Origin: Deltaproteobacteria bacterium
GTDB lineage: Bacteria > Myxococcota_A > UBA796 > UBA9615
Assembly: GCA_002724675.1 (NCBI GenBank)
Contig: PBPL01000213.1
Coordinates: 1-53,784, forward strand
Direction: 5' to 3'
DNA: 53,784 nt
The position numbers and the translations under genes are program-made. The notes under the pieces were generated by a model, which made no database searches, had not been told where the DNA came from, and was given only the letters and a program-made list of their open reading frames with translations. Positions 35,997 through 45,889 of this stretch are shown here, in pieces. Within the stretch, counting starts at the first letter, position 1. Each line of letters opens with the position of its first letter.

Positions 35997-38279
35997 TCAG
36001 TTCAGACCAAGGCGATGACTCAAGTCGCGGGCGGCCCGAGACGGCGAACCCTCCAGGAGATCATCCGCCCGACGAGCGACCGCCCTTGACGGGTCGTCCC
36101 GGCCGTCATCGAGTGCTGCGCGCGCCACAGCGTGATCGATCGTGGCCAACGCCTCCAGCGCAGCAATGCGCACCGGCTCCGGATGGGAGGGACGCCGGAG
36201 GACTCCACCCCGATCAATCAAGAGGCCCTTGAGGAAGGCCACGACAGAAGGGTCCTTCGCACCCGCAACTCCAAAGAGAGCTGCGAGGAGGCGCTCGGCC
36301 CCGACGCTCCGCTTGAGCATGTGCTCATCGATATCGTTGAGGGTCATCGCAGGCTCGACCCCACTCAAGTGACGCACGACCTCGTACACTCCAGGAGGAT
36401 CCGTCAGGTTGCCCTGAAACGCCGCCTTGCGAAGGAGTCCTCGCGCTGCCTTGCTGTCACTCCGCATGAGACCCCTGGCGACCTCCGTGATAATCCGGGT
36501 GTCCAGACCTCCATCTAAGGTCTGAACAAGGAGGCGCTGGAAATTCTCGTCCTCCACGTGGCTCAAGACACTCACCACGTTTCGGATCAGATACCAGGGC
36601 GCATTGTCAGGGGCCTTGAGCGTCTGAACAAGAGGGGCGAAGAGGTCCTCCACATCGCGCCCCTCGACCTTGGCGGTCTGACCCACGTCAGTCAGAGACT
36701 CCACTACAGCCATGCGCACGTCCTGATCTTCTGAGTCCTGGAGGACCTTCAGAAGGGTGGGGACGGCTCCCCTCCCCAACACCCGCAAGATCGACCGCAC
36801 CACGGTGGGGTTGCCCGGCGTACTGGTGTCGAGTTGATTCAAGACAGACGAAACCAATTCGGGAGAGCCCAAGTACTGCAAGGTGGTCGATGCTCGGGCG
36901 ACAACGGCTGGCTCATGAACCGGCAGTGTCGCCAGAACCACGCCCCCCAGGGCACTGGCGGCCGCGTGGAGAGCGCCCGTATTGATCGCCGCTGGGACCA
37001 ACTCTTCCGCCGCATGCAGACAACCGATCGCGCGGCCGACATCATCGAGAGTCGACAGACGGCTAGCAATCGATGTCAGCACTGGTGGGAGCCGCGGGTT
37101 GTCTTCCAGAGCCCGAAGTAGAGACACTCGCAGGCGTTGGCCGATCTCCGCCTCCGGCAAGGGCGTCGCCAGATAGGAAGCCAGGGCCTCGTGTGGTCCC
37201 TCCCAGAGGACTGAGCGCACCCCGTGCAGCAGCGGTTCGACGGCATCACCGTCGGCGGAGCTACCAGCCAGCAGGATCGAGGCAGCCTCCTCGAGCTTCT
37301 GATCTAGCGTTGCCGGCGGGATCGCAGCCCAGTCCACCCCGCCCACTTCGGTCGACAGGCCAGCTGCGGAAGCCTGCAGGGCTCGCTGACGCTGCACAGA
37401 GGGCAGGTCGTCCACGGTCTCCGGCTCATCGATCAATTCGAGAGAGCTGTCCGTTGGCCGGCGGTCCTCGTCATCTGCAACAGCCTCGAAACTCGGCGCC
37501 GCGGGGCTTCCCCCGTCGTCGGCATCCGAACTCCTCGCCGCCGCTAGATCGCGATGGTCATCGAGACCGTGGTAGGAGTCGAGCCAGTCCTCTTCGCGCT
37601 GCTCTGCCGGGGTCTCCGGGTGCTCCACCAGGTCTGCTGCACGCCCCCCCCCCGGAGCAGCATCTTCGGACTCCCACGGCGGGGCAGGGCTCGACTCGGC
37701 CCCTCCCTCGACCTCTCCCGACGGCTCCGGCATCGACTCCGAGCCAGACTGCTCTGCCTCCCAGGGCGGGTCACTGCCTTCTGCAGGTGTGGGCTGTGGC
37801 GATGGATCGCCCCGGTCCGACGAGGCGCCGGGATTCAAGCTCAAGCCGAACAGATCGAAGTGGGCGGGGCCTCCAGCTTCCAGGACCGCCCGAGCCTCAG
37901 AAGCCTCTATGCCTTGCAACCAGGTAACGACGGAGAGCAATTCCTCAGACCGTCCCCGACCATCGAACTCCATGGTCATCAGACCCCGCGTGCGAAGCCA
38001 CGAAGCAATCATCGCGCTGTCATCACGTTCACGGGAAGCCTTGAAGAGACTCTCGCCATTCAACTGAAGAACGTGCTCTCGACAGTCCACCACCAACACG
38101 CCAGAGCGCTCGACGATGGCTTGCATGAGATTCCACAGACGAACTGTTGCCTCGCCGATCAGCCGATGGCCCCGCGGGTAGACACGCATGTTGTTGAGCA
38201 GCGCACGCATCTGACGCACGAAGAGCAGCACCTCCTGCTGCGAGACACCCGACTTGGCTCCAGAACCGACGGAACTCAT
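35997..38279 (-). CDS. HEAT-repeat protein with shared N-terminal regulatory module (paralog of 7347-9221)
   Basis: The N-terminus is LLFVRQMRALLNNMRVYPRGH...VLQLNGESLF...WLRTRGLMTMEFDGRGRSEELLSVVTWL. An acidic/Pro-rich middle follows. The C-terminus has HEAT-like repeats (LQDSEDQDVRMAVVESLTDVG, PEPVRIAALEALATI). Confidence 0.7.
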   Translation of the reverse strand: MSSVGSGAKSGVSQQEVLLFVRQMRALLNNMRVYPRGHRLIGEATVRLWNLMQAIVERSGVLVVDCREHVLQLNGESLFKASRERDDSAMIASWLRTRGLMTMEFDGRGRSEELLSVVTWLQGIEASEARAVLEAGGPAHFDLFGLSLNPGASSDRGDPSPQPTPAEGSDPPWEAEQSGSESMPEPSGEVEGGAESSPAPPWESEDAAPGGGRAADLVEHPETPAEQREEDWLDSYHGLDDHRDLAAARSSDADDGGSPAAPSFEAVADDEDRRPTDSSLELIDEPETVDDLPSVQRQRALQASAAGLSTEVGGVDWAAIPPATLDQKLEEAASILLAGSSADGDAVEPLLHGVRSVLWEGPHEALASYLATPLPEAEIGQRLRVSLLRALEDNPRLPPVLTSIASRLSTLDDVGRAIGCLHAAEELVPAAINTGALHAAASALGGVVLATLPVHEPAVVARASTTLQYLGSPELVSSVLNQLDTSTPGNPTVVRSILRVLGRGAVPTLLKVLQDSEDQDVRMAVVESLTDVGQTAKVEGRDVEDLFAPLVQTLKAPDNAPWYLIRNVVSVLSHVEDENFQRLLVQTLDGGLDTRIITEVARGLMRSDSKAARGLLRKAAFQGNLTDPPGVYEVVRHLSGVEPAMTLNDIDEHMLKRSVGAERLLAALFGVAGAKDPSVVAFLKGLLIDRGGVLRRPSHPEPVRIAALEALATIDHAVARAALDDGRDDPSRAVARRADDLLEGSPSRAARDLSHRLGLN

Positions 38280-38337
38280 ATCTCAAGAATACCCGTACAA
38301 GCAGGCCCACTCCCAACGCCGGAGCAGATCGCTGGAC

Positions 38338-38706
38338 TCAATCAGAGCTCTGCTCCAGCCCCACAAGGGGCTTCAGTGGTGGGCCGTATTCGGTGATGTC
38401 TAGGCATGTGGGACAGGGACAGATACTGCGCATATAGCGATCGGCAAAGATGCCACTGTCATGACCATCGCTCCAGGCTGGATTGATCCCGTAGTTGCCC
38501 ACGAGACGCACCCCCTTGAGGTCCACATCCTCCGGATCAGTCCACTTTCGAGGCCCGCCTCCGTGTCCCTGACAGGACGCACAGGGGCAATAGCCTCGTA
38601 AGTAGAGAAACGGATAGACCGAGCGATGCCCGTCTCCCCACCGCACTTCGATCCCTCGACCATCCTCGCTCATGAGTCGTTCCAGCGGCTGGAATCGATC
38701 CGACAT
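38338..38706 (-). CDS. DUF971 (gamma-butyrobetaine-hydroxylase N-terminal-like) zinc-binding protein
   Basis: Motifs are IEVRWGDGHRSVYPFLYLRGYCPCASC and ...SICPCPTC. SD GGAGGA lies 5-6 nt upstream of the ATG. Confidence 0.75.
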   Translation of the reverse strand: MSDRFQPLERLMSEDGRGIEVRWGDGHRSVYPFLYLRGYCPCASCQGHGGGPRKWTDPEDVDLKGVRLVGNYGINPAWSDGHDSGIFADRYMRSICPCPTCLDITEYGPPLKPLVGLEQSSD

Positions 38707-38827
38707 GATGTTCCTCCAGACCTCCGATGCTACGGCTCGATCTTGACTGACGCCAGCCTTCGGCCTGATCTATGGTGGCTTCGGGAATGCGTGGCGCTCG
38801 GAACGGGGTCGGCGCAGGAGGACGCAC

Positions 38828-39424
38828 ATGGTGCATCTGGGCACGGCCAACGATCCACCGGCGGAGCAGGCGCACAGTCGGCGGCAGCGCCTCGCCCAGG
38901 TGCTGCACGGTCACAAGCCAAGGGATGACCGAGAGCGACGTCACAAAGCGCGCATGTTGGAGTTGGTGAACGCCCACTCCCATTGTTGTTCACGTTCTCT
39001 GTGGGAGCCGGGGCACTTCACCGCCTCCGCCTTCGTCCTCTCGCCCGAGGGAGACCGACTCCTGCTCATCTTTCACAAGAAGCTCAAGCTGTGGCTCCAG
39101 CCCGGCGGACACATCGACCCCCAAGATCAAGACATCGAAGCTGCCGCTCGACGGGAAGTACGAGAGGAAACAGGACTCGTCACCCTGCAGCGCTTATCAG
39201 GCCCTGGAACTCTTCTCGATCTGGACATTCACCCCATCCCAGCTCACCCCAAGCGTGACGAGCCAGCCCACGAGCACTTCGACATGCGGATCTTGTTCCG
39301 CGCAGGCTCGGAGGAACTGCGCCCAGGTGACGATGCCGCCGATGCCCGCTGGGTCCCCCTGGGCGACGTCGAGAAATCGGGAACCGACGAATCCGTACAG
39401 CGAGCCCTCAGCAAGCTCTGCTGA
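38828..39424 (+). CDS. NUDIX hydrolase
   Basis: The Nudix box is GGHIDPQDQDIEAAARREVREETGL. SD AGGAGG lies 6 nt upstream of ATG 38828. Confidence 0.8.
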   Translation: MVHLGTANDPPAEQAHSRRQRLAQVLHGHKPRDDRERRHKARMLELVNAHSHCCSRSLWEPGHFTASAFVLSPEGDRLLLIFHKKLKLWLQPGGHIDPQDQDIEAAARREVREETGLVTLQRLSGPGTLLDLDIHPIPAHPKRDEPAHEHFDMRILFRAGSEELRPGDDAADARWVPLGDVEKSGTDESVQRALSKLC

Positions 39425-39429
39425 GCCGA

Positions 39430-41757
39430 TCAGGCGCCCTCAGCCTGACGGACATTGGACGCCGGGAGGCGGTCCAGGATGGGAAGCCCGTCATGACCCA
39501 CGCGACCGAAGCTGAGCACCCCAGTGGGACAGCCCTGCACGCACGCGGAACAGCGCACACACTGCGGGTCCTCCATGGGCGCTCCCTTGTTGGCAAAAGC
39601 CATGACATCAATGCCCTGGTGACAGACTGAGGTGCACACATTGCAGGAGATGCACTTCTTCTTGTCCGAGAAGATTCGGAATCGCGAGAATCGACCGTAG
39701 ATGTTCATCAGCGCCGCGAGCGGACAGGCAAACCGACACCAGACACGACCACTGAACCAGAAGTAGAGACCGACTCCCACGATGCCGCCAAGGAAGACGT
39801 CCACCGCCCACTTGTAGGTCCAGGGTGACTTGGCATCGAGCAACCCAGAGAAGGCCTCTGCCGGCCACGAGCCCGGCGCAATCCAACCCACCACCCGCAG
39901 CAACAGCATGAGCGTCGCCACCACCAGGATGCCCTGGCCGACTAGGTTCAGGCGATTCCAGCGCGGACCATGGGGCATCTTGTGACGATGGGTATCTCCT
40001 AGCGTTTCCGCCAGCGCACCACAGGAGCAGATCCAACCACAGTAGGCGCCCTTGCCCCACCTTCGGATCATTAAGGGAATGAGCACGAAGGTCTGCAAGG
40101 AGCCCACCACAAGCCAACCCCACATCGGCTGATGCGTGAACCAGTTGTAGACCATCAAGGGCCACGCGAGGACGAATCCATAGGACCTCCAATAAGCCCT
40201 CTCGATGCCCAAGCCTCCGTCGTAAGGCTCGAAGAACAGATCGGCCAATGGCCGAAGCACGGCACCCTCCACAAACCACTCGTTTCGACCCATCCAGGGC
40301 AGCACCAGCTCGGGGAGTATGAACAGGGGCAAGCACTGGATCACCATGAGAGTGCTTGTCTGTAGCCGTACATAGGGTGTCCGACGCCGACGAATCCGCC
40401 GGAAGCCAAAGGCCACGACGAGAGAGCTGTACAGCAGCGTGTAGTAGAAGCTAGGGCCACTGGCTGAACGAAGTACGGTGTGCAGCAGAGTCGTCCGGTC
40501 GGTCGCCGCAGCGCCGAGCTGTTCGGTCAGCCAAGCGGTCCAGCCGCTGGGATCCATGGACTGCGCCGGGAACCAGGAATAGCTCTTCCAGTGGTAGATG
40601 GCCGCACACAGGGAGACAAACATCAGACAAGCTGCGATCTGAAGACGGCGCCACTCACCGTGGATCGGAACGCCGGAGCGGCGGAAGAAGTCGAGCGGGG
40701 CCTCCCGGCCAATCATGCTGAAGACAGCCTCTGCCTCGAGCGTCTCATCTCTTCCGTCCTGATGGGTCAGGCAAACAGTATCGGCGCGCACCTCCTGGAC
40801 CTGGGTAGCCAGAGCTAGCCGTAGGCTGCCAGTTCCACCGACCGTCGCCATCTCAGACGTGAACGCCGCCGTCACTCGTGGTGACGTGGGTCGCGCCACC
40901 TGGACATCTGCGTTGGGGTCCGCGGCCAGTTGTTCCAGCTTCTCCACGTTCTCTTGCTTGGGCCGAGTCAACTCCGGCCTTCGATAGCTGAGCGTGACCC
41001 GAGCACCACAGGCCGCCAACGCAATGGCGGCTTCAGCTGCCGAGTCCCCACCTCCCACCACAAGGACGCTCTGCCCGGCGAAGTCTTGGGGATCGTGAAG
41101 ACGGTTGGTCACGTGCGCGAGTTCTTCACCCGGCACACCGAGCGCTCGGAAGTTACCGGTGCGCCCGATCGCAACCACCACTCGGAGCGCAGGAACGGGT
41201 TCTTCGTCACCCGCCGGTATCAAGTAGAGCAACCCGTCGCGTCGCTCCACATGGTCGATGCGAAGGCACACGGGCAGAATCTCAGCCTGCCGCCGTTGCT
41301 CCTCGAGCTCGACCAACAACTCTTCGCGCCTCTCCGCTGTGACCTGAAACGAGCCCCGCGGTTCCATGTCACTGGGATAGGTAAAGATCGGCTTCCGTCG
41401 AGGAAAGTTGTGGATCGTCGCAAACGACTGAGCGGCCTCGTAGACCTTGCAATCAAGACCCGCCTCCCGGGCCGCGATGGCCGCCGAGATACCGGCCACA
41501 CCTCCACCCACCACGGCCACGTCGAGGACACCCTCCTCGCCCCGGCGATCGACAAACTCAGGTTCGCTGATGATCGCCTGAATTGCAGCAGCACCGCTGT
41601 CCACTGCAAACTTCAACAATGGAACCCCGCACAGGTCCCCGACCACTCGCAGCCCGGGCACAGACGTCCGCCCCAACTCCCCGACGACCGGCAGCCGTTC
41701 TGGTGTGCCAGCCGGCCAGCCCGTGTGGAGCCACCGCACGTATCGCCTCAAGACCAT
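39430..41757 (-). CDS. Fusion protein: FAD/NAD(P)-binding oxidoreductase + multi-TM NapH/MauN-like polyferredoxin (4Fe-4S)
   Basis: There are two dinucleotide-binding motifs, VAVVGGGVAGISAAIAA and VLVVGGGDSAAEAAIALA. These are followed by TM helices, then CGWICSCGALAE and CRFACPLAAL, and the ferredoxin motifs CISCNVCTSVC and CVRCSACVQGCP. Confidence 0.8.
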   Translation of the reverse strand: MVLRRYVRWLHTGWPAGTPERLPVVGELGRTSVPGLRVVGDLCGVPLLKFAVDSGAAAIQAIISEPEFVDRRGEEGVLDVAVVGGGVAGISAAIAAREAGLDCKVYEAAQSFATIHNFPRRKPIFTYPSDMEPRGSFQVTAERREELLVELEEQRRQAEILPVCLRIDHVERRDGLLYLIPAGDEEPVPALRVVVAIGRTGNFRALGVPGEELAHVTNRLHDPQDFAGQSVLVVGGGDSAAEAAIALAACGARVTLSYRRPELTRPKQENVEKLEQLAADPNADVQVARPTSPRVTAAFTSEMATVGGTGSLRLALATQVQEVRADTVCLTHQDGRDETLEAEAVFSMIGREAPLDFFRRSGVPIHGEWRRLQIAACLMFVSLCAAIYHWKSYSWFPAQSMDPSGWTAWLTEQLGAAATDRTTLLHTVLRSASGPSFYYTLLYSSLVVAFGFRRIRRRRTPYVRLQTSTLMVIQCLPLFILPELVLPWMGRNEWFVEGAVLRPLADLFFEPYDGGLGIERAYWRSYGFVLAWPLMVYNWFTHQPMWGWLVVGSLQTFVLIPLMIRRWGKGAYCGWICSCGALAETLGDTHRHKMPHGPRWNRLNLVGQGILVVATLMLLLRVVGWIAPGSWPAEAFSGLLDAKSPWTYKWAVDVFLGGIVGVGLYFWFSGRVWCRFACPLAALMNIYGRFSRFRIFSDKKKCISCNVCTSVCHQGIDVMAFANKGAPMEDPQCVRCSACVQGCPTGVLSFGRVGHDGLPILDRLPASNVRQAEGA

Positions 41758-41971
41758 GGAGCAAGTCTATGCCAGGGTCTTCCCACTCCTCCACTCTGCA
41801 GGCGATCTATGAATGTGCTGCTCCGGGAACGAAAATGCCCGAGATCGGCTTGGCTTGCTATAGTGCTACCTTGGCCGAACAGGACTCGGCTGGTGGCGTG
41901 CACAACAAGGCCGCAGGAAGGACCCGGCGGCATGCAACGTGGAAGGGCCCGTGCTTGACGCCAGTTGACCC

Positions 41972-42181
41972 ATGATTCAACTCACCCGATTCAACAACGA
42001 GACGATCACTGTCAACGTCGAGCTCGTCCTGCGTGTTGAAGCGAATCCGGATACGACGCTGCACATGACCAATGGCGACATCGTGAAGGTTCGAGAGACA
42101 CCCCAAGAGGTGGTCGACCGGACCATTGCATACAAGCAGCAGGTGTTCGCGCTCCACATCGATCCAAGGAAGGCCCCTTAG
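41972..42181 (+). CDS. flbD: FlbD-family flagellar protein
   Basis: MIQLTRFNNETITVNVELVLRVEANPDTTLHMTNGDIVKVRETPQEVVDR matches the FlbD pattern (MI.LTrlNg..f.lN..lIe.iE..PDT.i.l.nG....V.Es..EV). The product is 69 aa and lies immediately upstream of motA. Confidence 0.75.
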   Translation: MIQLTRFNNETITVNVELVLRVEANPDTTLHMTNGDIVKVRETPQEVVDRTIAYKQQVFALHIDPRKAP

Positions 42182-42184
42182 GTC

Positions 42185-43006
42185 GTGGCTGCCGCTGAAG
42201 AACGAGGCTTCGACATTGCCGCTGTCCTCGGCACGGGCCTCGCCGCCCTCTCCATCGTGGGAGGCCACCTTTTCGAGGGTGGCTACATGTACCAAATTGT
42301 GCAGCCCACAGCAGCGCTGATCGTATTTGGAGGTACCGTCGCAGGCATTCTCGTGCAGTTCTCCTGGGAAGCCTTTATCCAGGCAGGCAAAGACACACGC
42401 GATATCCTCCAGCCACCGAAGCAGGACCTTCGCGAGACCATGGACACCATCCTCGAGTTGGCCAAGCTGGCTCGTCGACAAGGGCTGGTCGCCATCGACC
42501 GTGAAGCCCAAAAAATCGCCGACCCCTTCTTACAACGTGCCCTGCGACTGACTGCTGATGGCATTGAGCCGAAGGCGCTCCGACAGGCGCTCCAAATGCA
42601 GATCAAGAACGTGAAGTCGGAACGCATCACATCGTCGAAGATCTACGAGGCAGGCGGCGGCTACTCGCCCACCATCGGTGTGTTGGGCGCTGTCATGGGC
42701 CTCATTCACGTGATGGGCCACCTGACCGAGCCCGACAAACTTGGGGCGGGCATTGCGGTGGCGTTCGTGGCCACTCTGTACGGCGTGGGTGTTGCCAACC
42801 TCTTCCTGCTGCCCATTGCCGGCAAGCTGAAGACACTGCTGGACAAACGCGTCAAGCGAATGGAGCTCATCATTGAGGGAGCCGCGGCCATCGCCGCCAG
42901 CGAGAACCCACTGATTGTGGAGCAAAAGCTCACCACCTACCTACCCTCGGCGGAGCAGGAAGCGATCGCTGCGGCCCAAGCCAAGCCGGCCGATGCGGCG
43001 GCGTGA
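42185..43006 (+). CDS. motA: Flagellar-type stator protein MotA (MotA/TolQ/ExbB proton channel family)
   Basis: It has four TM segments. The conserved C-terminal channel region is GGYSPTIGVLGAVMGLIHVM...VAFVATLYGVGVANLFLLPIAGKL. The start is GTG, with AAGGAAGG upstream. Confidence 0.85.
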   Translation: MAAAEERGFDIAAVLGTGLAALSIVGGHLFEGGYMYQIVQPTAALIVFGGTVAGILVQFSWEAFIQAGKDTRDILQPPKQDLRETMDTILELAKLARRQGLVAIDREAQKIADPFLQRALRLTADGIEPKALRQALQMQIKNVKSERITSSKIYEAGGGYSPTIGVLGAVMGLIHVMGHLTEPDKLGAGIAVAFVATLYGVGVANLFLLPIAGKLKTLLDKRVKRMELIIEGAAAIAASENPLIVEQKLTTYLPSAEQEAIAAAQAKPADAAA

Positions 43007-43044
43007 CACGGACTGAACCTCGATAGCCCGCTTTCGGAATTGGC

Positions 43045-43863
43045 ATGAGCGACGAAGAAGAACATGGCGACCACGAACGTTGGGTGATTTCCTACGCGGA
43101 CTTCATCACGCTCTTGTTTGCGACGTTCGTAGCCCTCTATGCCTGTTCCATCGTTGACCAGACAAAGATGGAGGCCTTCAGCGCATCGGTGCACTCGGCG
43201 CTGAACGCATCCTGGTCCGAGAAGGTGCTCTTCAAGCCTCTTTCAACCAACCCCGTTTACTCGGACAACCCCTCTGCAGCGGCGCCTCAGCGCACATTCA
43301 TCGTCGCTGAAGAGCGATGCATCGAGACTGCCGAGGACAAGGAAGAGCAAGAGAAGAAGGCACGGGTCATCACCGAGGAATTGCAGGACTTAGAAGAGAA
43401 CGAGGAACTCGCTGGTCACATGAAAGTCGAGCAGCGCGGCAAAGATGTCGTAGTCAGCCTCCTTTCGGCCGGTCTGTTCTCTTCTGCGCGTGCTGAGCTC
43501 CAAGCCGAAGGCGACGGGCTGATCTCCGAGTTGGCAAAGAGCCTCCAAGAATACGAAGACATCCAGCTGCGGGTTGAAGGGCACACGGACAACCGGCCCC
43601 TCATGCCGGGAGCGCGTTACCGGGACAACTGGGAGTTGTCTTCGGCCAGAGCGACCACCGTGGTCAACGAATTGGTCTCAAAGCACGGCTTTCAGCCAGA
43701 GAAGCTCGTAGTCGCGGGCCTCGGCGAGTTCCACCCGGTGGACACCAACGAAACCGATGAGGGGCGAGCCCGCAATCGTCGCATCGACATTGTCATCCAA
43801 CAGCCCAAGCCGCCCACAGAAGAGGTGGACGCTCGCGAGAAACCCAAGACCCAGCTCCGCTAA
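43045..43863 (+). CDS. motB: Stator protein MotB (OmpA-like peptidoglycan-binding C-terminus)
   Basis: The N-terminal region HERWVISYADFITLLFATFVALY is a TM segment with the conserved Asp. The OmpA-like region has RVEGHTDNRP, NWELSSARATTV and NRRIDIVI. Confidence 0.85.
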   Translation: MSDEEEHGDHERWVISYADFITLLFATFVALYACSIVDQTKMEAFSASVHSALNASWSEKVLFKPLSTNPVYSDNPSAAAPQRTFIVAEERCIETAEDKEEQEKKARVITEELQDLEENEELAGHMKVEQRGKDVVVSLLSAGLFSSARAELQAEGDGLISELAKSLQEYEDIQLRVEGHTDNRPLMPGARYRDNWELSSARATTVVNELVSKHGFQPEKLVVAGLGEFHPVDTNETDEGRARNRRIDIVIQQPKPPTEEVDAREKPKTQLR

Positions 43864-43985
43864 GACGTTCATGGGTCGGACTGAGCCAAGATCGGATTCA
43901 TACGTCCGTTGTGCCCTTCTCAAGATGGGTGAGCCTGGAGATGCCCCAGGCGGACTCAGCGGTTGCAGCTAGACTGTTGAGCAGG

Positions 43986-45863
43986 ATGGCATTCAACCTC
44001 GCGCAACTGAGCCCCCATGCCCATCGGCGGCGCGGGTTCTCGTTCCCCAAGTACACGCTGACGGCGGCCCCTCCTGTCCTGGTTCTGTTGATGGGAGGCT
44101 GCTCCATGAACATCGAGGGAGACATGCCCGGAGAGTGCCAGGACTCCATCGATGATGACGGGGATGGACTCACCGACTGTGAAGACCCGAACTGCTTCGG
44201 TTCGCCGAGCTGCAACGGAACAGGCGACTCGGATGTCGCTGTGGGGACTTCCGATGCACGTGTCCAAGAGTACGAGCACGTACCCTGCACGGCCTCCAGC
44301 GATGGAGTCGGTGGCTACGTAGACGGTCTCGCCGACTCTGGGATCACATTCCAAGCCTTCACTGCCTGGGGCGGTTTCGGTTCGGACGGAGTCGCACTCA
44401 ACGACCTGGACAACGACGGCTGCCCGGACCTGATCCTCACCCAACCCGATGGAGACGGTGAGTTGTACTGGAATCGTTGCCTAGGAGATGGTTCGGCCAC
44501 CTTCGAGCCGGCTTCAGGAGTGGCCGAGGGGCTCTTCCGAGGCGACATGCAGGGCAACCCCGCCGTTGGTGCCGCTGACATGGACGGGGATGGCTTGCAG
44601 GACGTCGTGCTGACTTCCGGCCATCAATCGGTGCGCTTGATGCGGAACTTGGGCAACCGCAGCTTCGAGAACATCACGAGTCAGGTGGGGCTGAACTCAG
44701 CGAACGCGTACAGCGCCGGAATTTCCTGGGGGGATATGGACCTCGACGGCGATCTGGACATGTTCATCCTGAGGCAGGGCGGCACCGAGGAAGAATGGCA
44801 GGCAGGAGTCGCAGACCACCTGTTCCGTAACGAGGGGGGCGGGTCCCTCACCCAGGTGACAGGGCGAGGCATCGGCGAGTTGTTGGGCGCCAGCAACCAC
44901 ACTGCCTGGTTCGATCTGGACCGCGACGGAGATCAGGACTTCTTCGAGTTCAACGACGATGGAAATATTCACCCCTCTCGATTCTGGGAGAACCTCGGCG
45001 TCGACGACACTGGGAACGTCGTTTGGGATGAGCGCAAGCCGGACACCGGCATGGGCATGCTCCTCGGTCCCATGGGTGTCGTGATCAACGACCTCAACCA
45101 AGACGGTCTCCCCGACATCTGGCTGAGTGATGTGGGACAGAACCGCGTCTTTCAGAACGTCGGCGGCCCTCGAGACGATGGCAGCTACGAATGGGCCTTT
45201 GTCGACGTGGGCCAGGGCAACTGGGTGGATGCAGCCGAGCACAGAGATGGCGACATCTCCTGGTCTGTGCTCCGGGTGGACCTCGAAGGGGATGGGCACC
45301 CCGAGATCTTCGTAACGTTTGGCTTCACCTTTGGCTTCGACTACTTCGGCTCAGAGGACCTCTCCGACATCCCGCAAGCCGACCGCATCTTCGTCAATCG
45401 CAACAATCCCGGCGAAGCCCCATTCTTCCAATCGGACCCCGATCTGATCCCAGTCGCACCGAGCAACGGGACAGGAGCCGGCATGGCCGACCTCAACCGA
45501 GACGGTGTGGCAGACATCATCGTGCACAACTACCTAGGTCCCCCCGATGTCTACCTGGGTAAGTGCACCGATAGCAGCCGGCTCGTGATCGCGCTGCAAG
45601 ACGACCGGGCCTTGAACCCGTTCGCGATCGGCGCTCGGGTGCGGGTCGAGGTGGACGGACACAGCCAAACCCAGCAGATGGACGCCGGCGGCACCGGCAG
45701 CTTTGGAACCAGCGAACCAGAGCTCTTCTACGGGCTAGGAACAGCCGATCGCGTCGACCGCATCGACATCTGGTGGCCCGACCAGGAACGGTCGCACGCC
45801 ACCTTGTTCGATGTGTGTGCCAACTGCCGTGTTGTCATCCACCACGACGAGCCCACGAAGTGA
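43986..45863 (+). CDS. CRTAC1-family lipoprotein (FG-GAP/VCBS repeats + ASPIC/UnbV domain)
   Basis: Lipobox LLMGGC is present. The Cys/Asp motif is CQDSIDDDGDGLTDCEDPNCFGSPSC. Multiple FG-GAP-like DxDxDGxxD loops occur (DLDNDGCPDL, DMDGDGLQDV, DMDLDGDLDM, DLDRDGDQDF, DLNQDGLPDI, DLNRDGVADI). The UnbV end is GARVRVEVDGHSQTQQMDAGGTGSFGTSEPELFYGLG...IDIWWPD. Confidence 0.8.
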   Translation: MAFNLAQLSPHAHRRRGFSFPKYTLTAAPPVLVLLMGGCSMNIEGDMPGECQDSIDDDGDGLTDCEDPNCFGSPSCNGTGDSDVAVGTSDARVQEYEHVPCTASSDGVGGYVDGLADSGITFQAFTAWGGFGSDGVALNDLDNDGCPDLILTQPDGDGELYWNRCLGDGSATFEPASGVAEGLFRGDMQGNPAVGAADMDGDGLQDVVLTSGHQSVRLMRNLGNRSFENITSQVGLNSANAYSAGISWGDMDLDGDLDMFILRQGGTEEEWQAGVADHLFRNEGGGSLTQVTGRGIGELLGASNHTAWFDLDRDGDQDFFEFNDDGNIHPSRFWENLGVDDTGNVVWDERKPDTGMGMLLGPMGVVINDLNQDGLPDIWLSDVGQNRVFQNVGGPRDDGSYEWAFVDVGQGNWVDAAEHRDGDISWSVLRVDLEGDGHPEIFVTFGFTFGFDYFGSEDLSDIPQADRIFVNRNNPGEAPFFQSDPDLIPVAPSNGTGAGMADLNRDGVADIIVHNYLGPPDVYLGKCTDSSRLVIALQDDRALNPFAIGARVRVEVDGHSQTQQMDAGGTGSFGTSEPELFYGLGTADRVDRIDIWWPDQERSHATLFDVCANCRVVIHHDEPTK

Positions 45864-45889
45864 GGCCGCAGAGAGCACCGCAAACGCTT

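Noticed and set aside
41840-41885. Possible sigma-54 (TGGC..N..TGC) or sigma-70 (TATAGT) promoter upstream of flbD
   Set aside because: In TGGCTTGCTATAGTGC the GG-to-GC spacing is one nt off the -24/-12 consensus. The TATAGT has no acceptable -35 at 16-18 nt. This is too weak to report as a feature.
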